From the IMG/VR virus record IMGVR_UViG_2521172734_000004, positions 1-7,811 of that record: a stretch of 7,811 nucleotides of DNA. One strand, written 5' to 3'. Source of the stretch: a virus. Its lineage: Duplodnaviria; Heunggongvirae; Uroviricota; Caudoviricetes. Below, one piece after another: positions 7,203 through 7,811 of the stretch (within the stretch, counting starts at the first letter, position 1; every line of letters starts with the position of its first letter). The notes under the pieces are model-generated. The model had not been told where the DNA came from. It ran no database searches and worked only from the letters and a program-made list of their open reading frames with translations. Made by a program: the position numbers and the translations under genes.

Positions 7203-7811
7203 ATGGTGGATAAGGGAAAAGAGATTCTTGCAGTACGAAATGCAGCCAGCAACGAATATGGCGGGATAAACTGTGAGGTGCAGTTTGAAGACGCGGTGAA
7301 TGAAAAAGGGGAACAGGTATGGCTGCCGTATACTGCAACGGAAACGGATAATACAGAACACGGAAAAGCATTGTGGTCTGGGCTGACAGCAGGAACGTAC
7401 GGAAGTGTGAGTGCCTTTGTCGCCACGGAAGCAGTACTGGAAGCGGCAAAAGCGGCGAAAAGGGAAGAGATTAATATCTGGCGTGATGTGCAGGAGAATA
7501 TGGAATACATGATGGAATTCAACGGAAGGAACTGGGATTACGGCAAGAAGACGTTGTCCAGGATAAGCATGACACGCCTGATGGCAGAGAATAACCGTCT
7601 TCCGGAAGGTTTTGCCTGGACCGACGGGGATAATAATGTGGTGCCGGTGACGGCGGCAGACATCATAGCCCTGTCGGATGCGACAGAGCAGGCGATGTTT
7701 GCGAAGGGGGTGGAGATTAATACACGGCAGTTGCAGATGAAAGCAGAGGTTGAGGCGCTGACAGAGCTGAAGGCGATCCGCAGTTACGTTGTTGGATGGC
7801 CTGCAGGCTGA
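7203..7811 (+). CDS. Phage tail-fiber-associated protein, possibly a tail fiber assembly chaperone (assigned by position; function uncertain)
   Basis: ORF-track frame 7116..7811. A strong ribosome-binding site GAGGAGG (7194-7200) precedes ATG 7203 and GTG 7206. The product (MVDKGKEILAVRNAASNEYGG...LTELKAIRSYVVGWPAG*) is about 202 aa, acidic and soluble-looking, and sits where lambdoid phages carry tfa. I do not securely recognise the family. The stop TGA is the last three bases of the window. Start could instead be GTG 7116, ATG 7125, ATG 7140 or GTG 7206. Confidence 0.6.
   Translation: MVDKGKEILAVRNAASNEYGGINCEVQFEDAVNEKGEQVWLPYTATETDNTEHGKALWSGLTAGTYGSVSAFVATEAVLEAAKAAKREEINIWRDVQENMEYMMEFNGRNWDYGKKTLSRISMTRLMAENNRLPEGFAWTDGDNNVVPVTAADIIALSDATEQAMFAKGVEINTRQLQMKAEVEALTELKAIRSYVVGWPAG

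Noticed and set aside
5827-7811. Diversity-generating retroelement target or invertible host-range segment at the fiber locus
   Set aside because: No reverse transcriptase, template repeat, invertase gene or flanking inverted crossover sites are visible in the window. The region downstream of 7811 is unseen, so this is untested rather than disproven.

Overview
This window is the tail-tip and host-range module of a lambda-like (lambdoid siphovirus) prophage, most likely in an E. coli/Shigella-type enterobacterial genome. All genes are on the + strand in lambda order: 3' end of L, then K, I, J, lom, a side tail fiber (stf) and a downstream tail-fiber-associated ORF that ends at the window edge. 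I see no novel defence or other undescribed system here; the architecture is a known one. The points most worth a second look are: (1) gene I is split across two reading frames by an apparent 1-nt indel near 1006-1010; (2) the side tail fiber carries 40 uninterrupted Gly-X-Y collagen-like triplets encoded partly by three near-perfect 45-bp tandem repeats; (3) the C-terminal part of J differs from what I recall of lambda J, suggesting a different receptor; (4) lom sits as a terminator-flanked moron between J and stf. Gene identities rest on my reading of the translated frames and recalled lambda protein sequences; no database search was possible. The long antisense ORFs in the track are rejected as artefacts.
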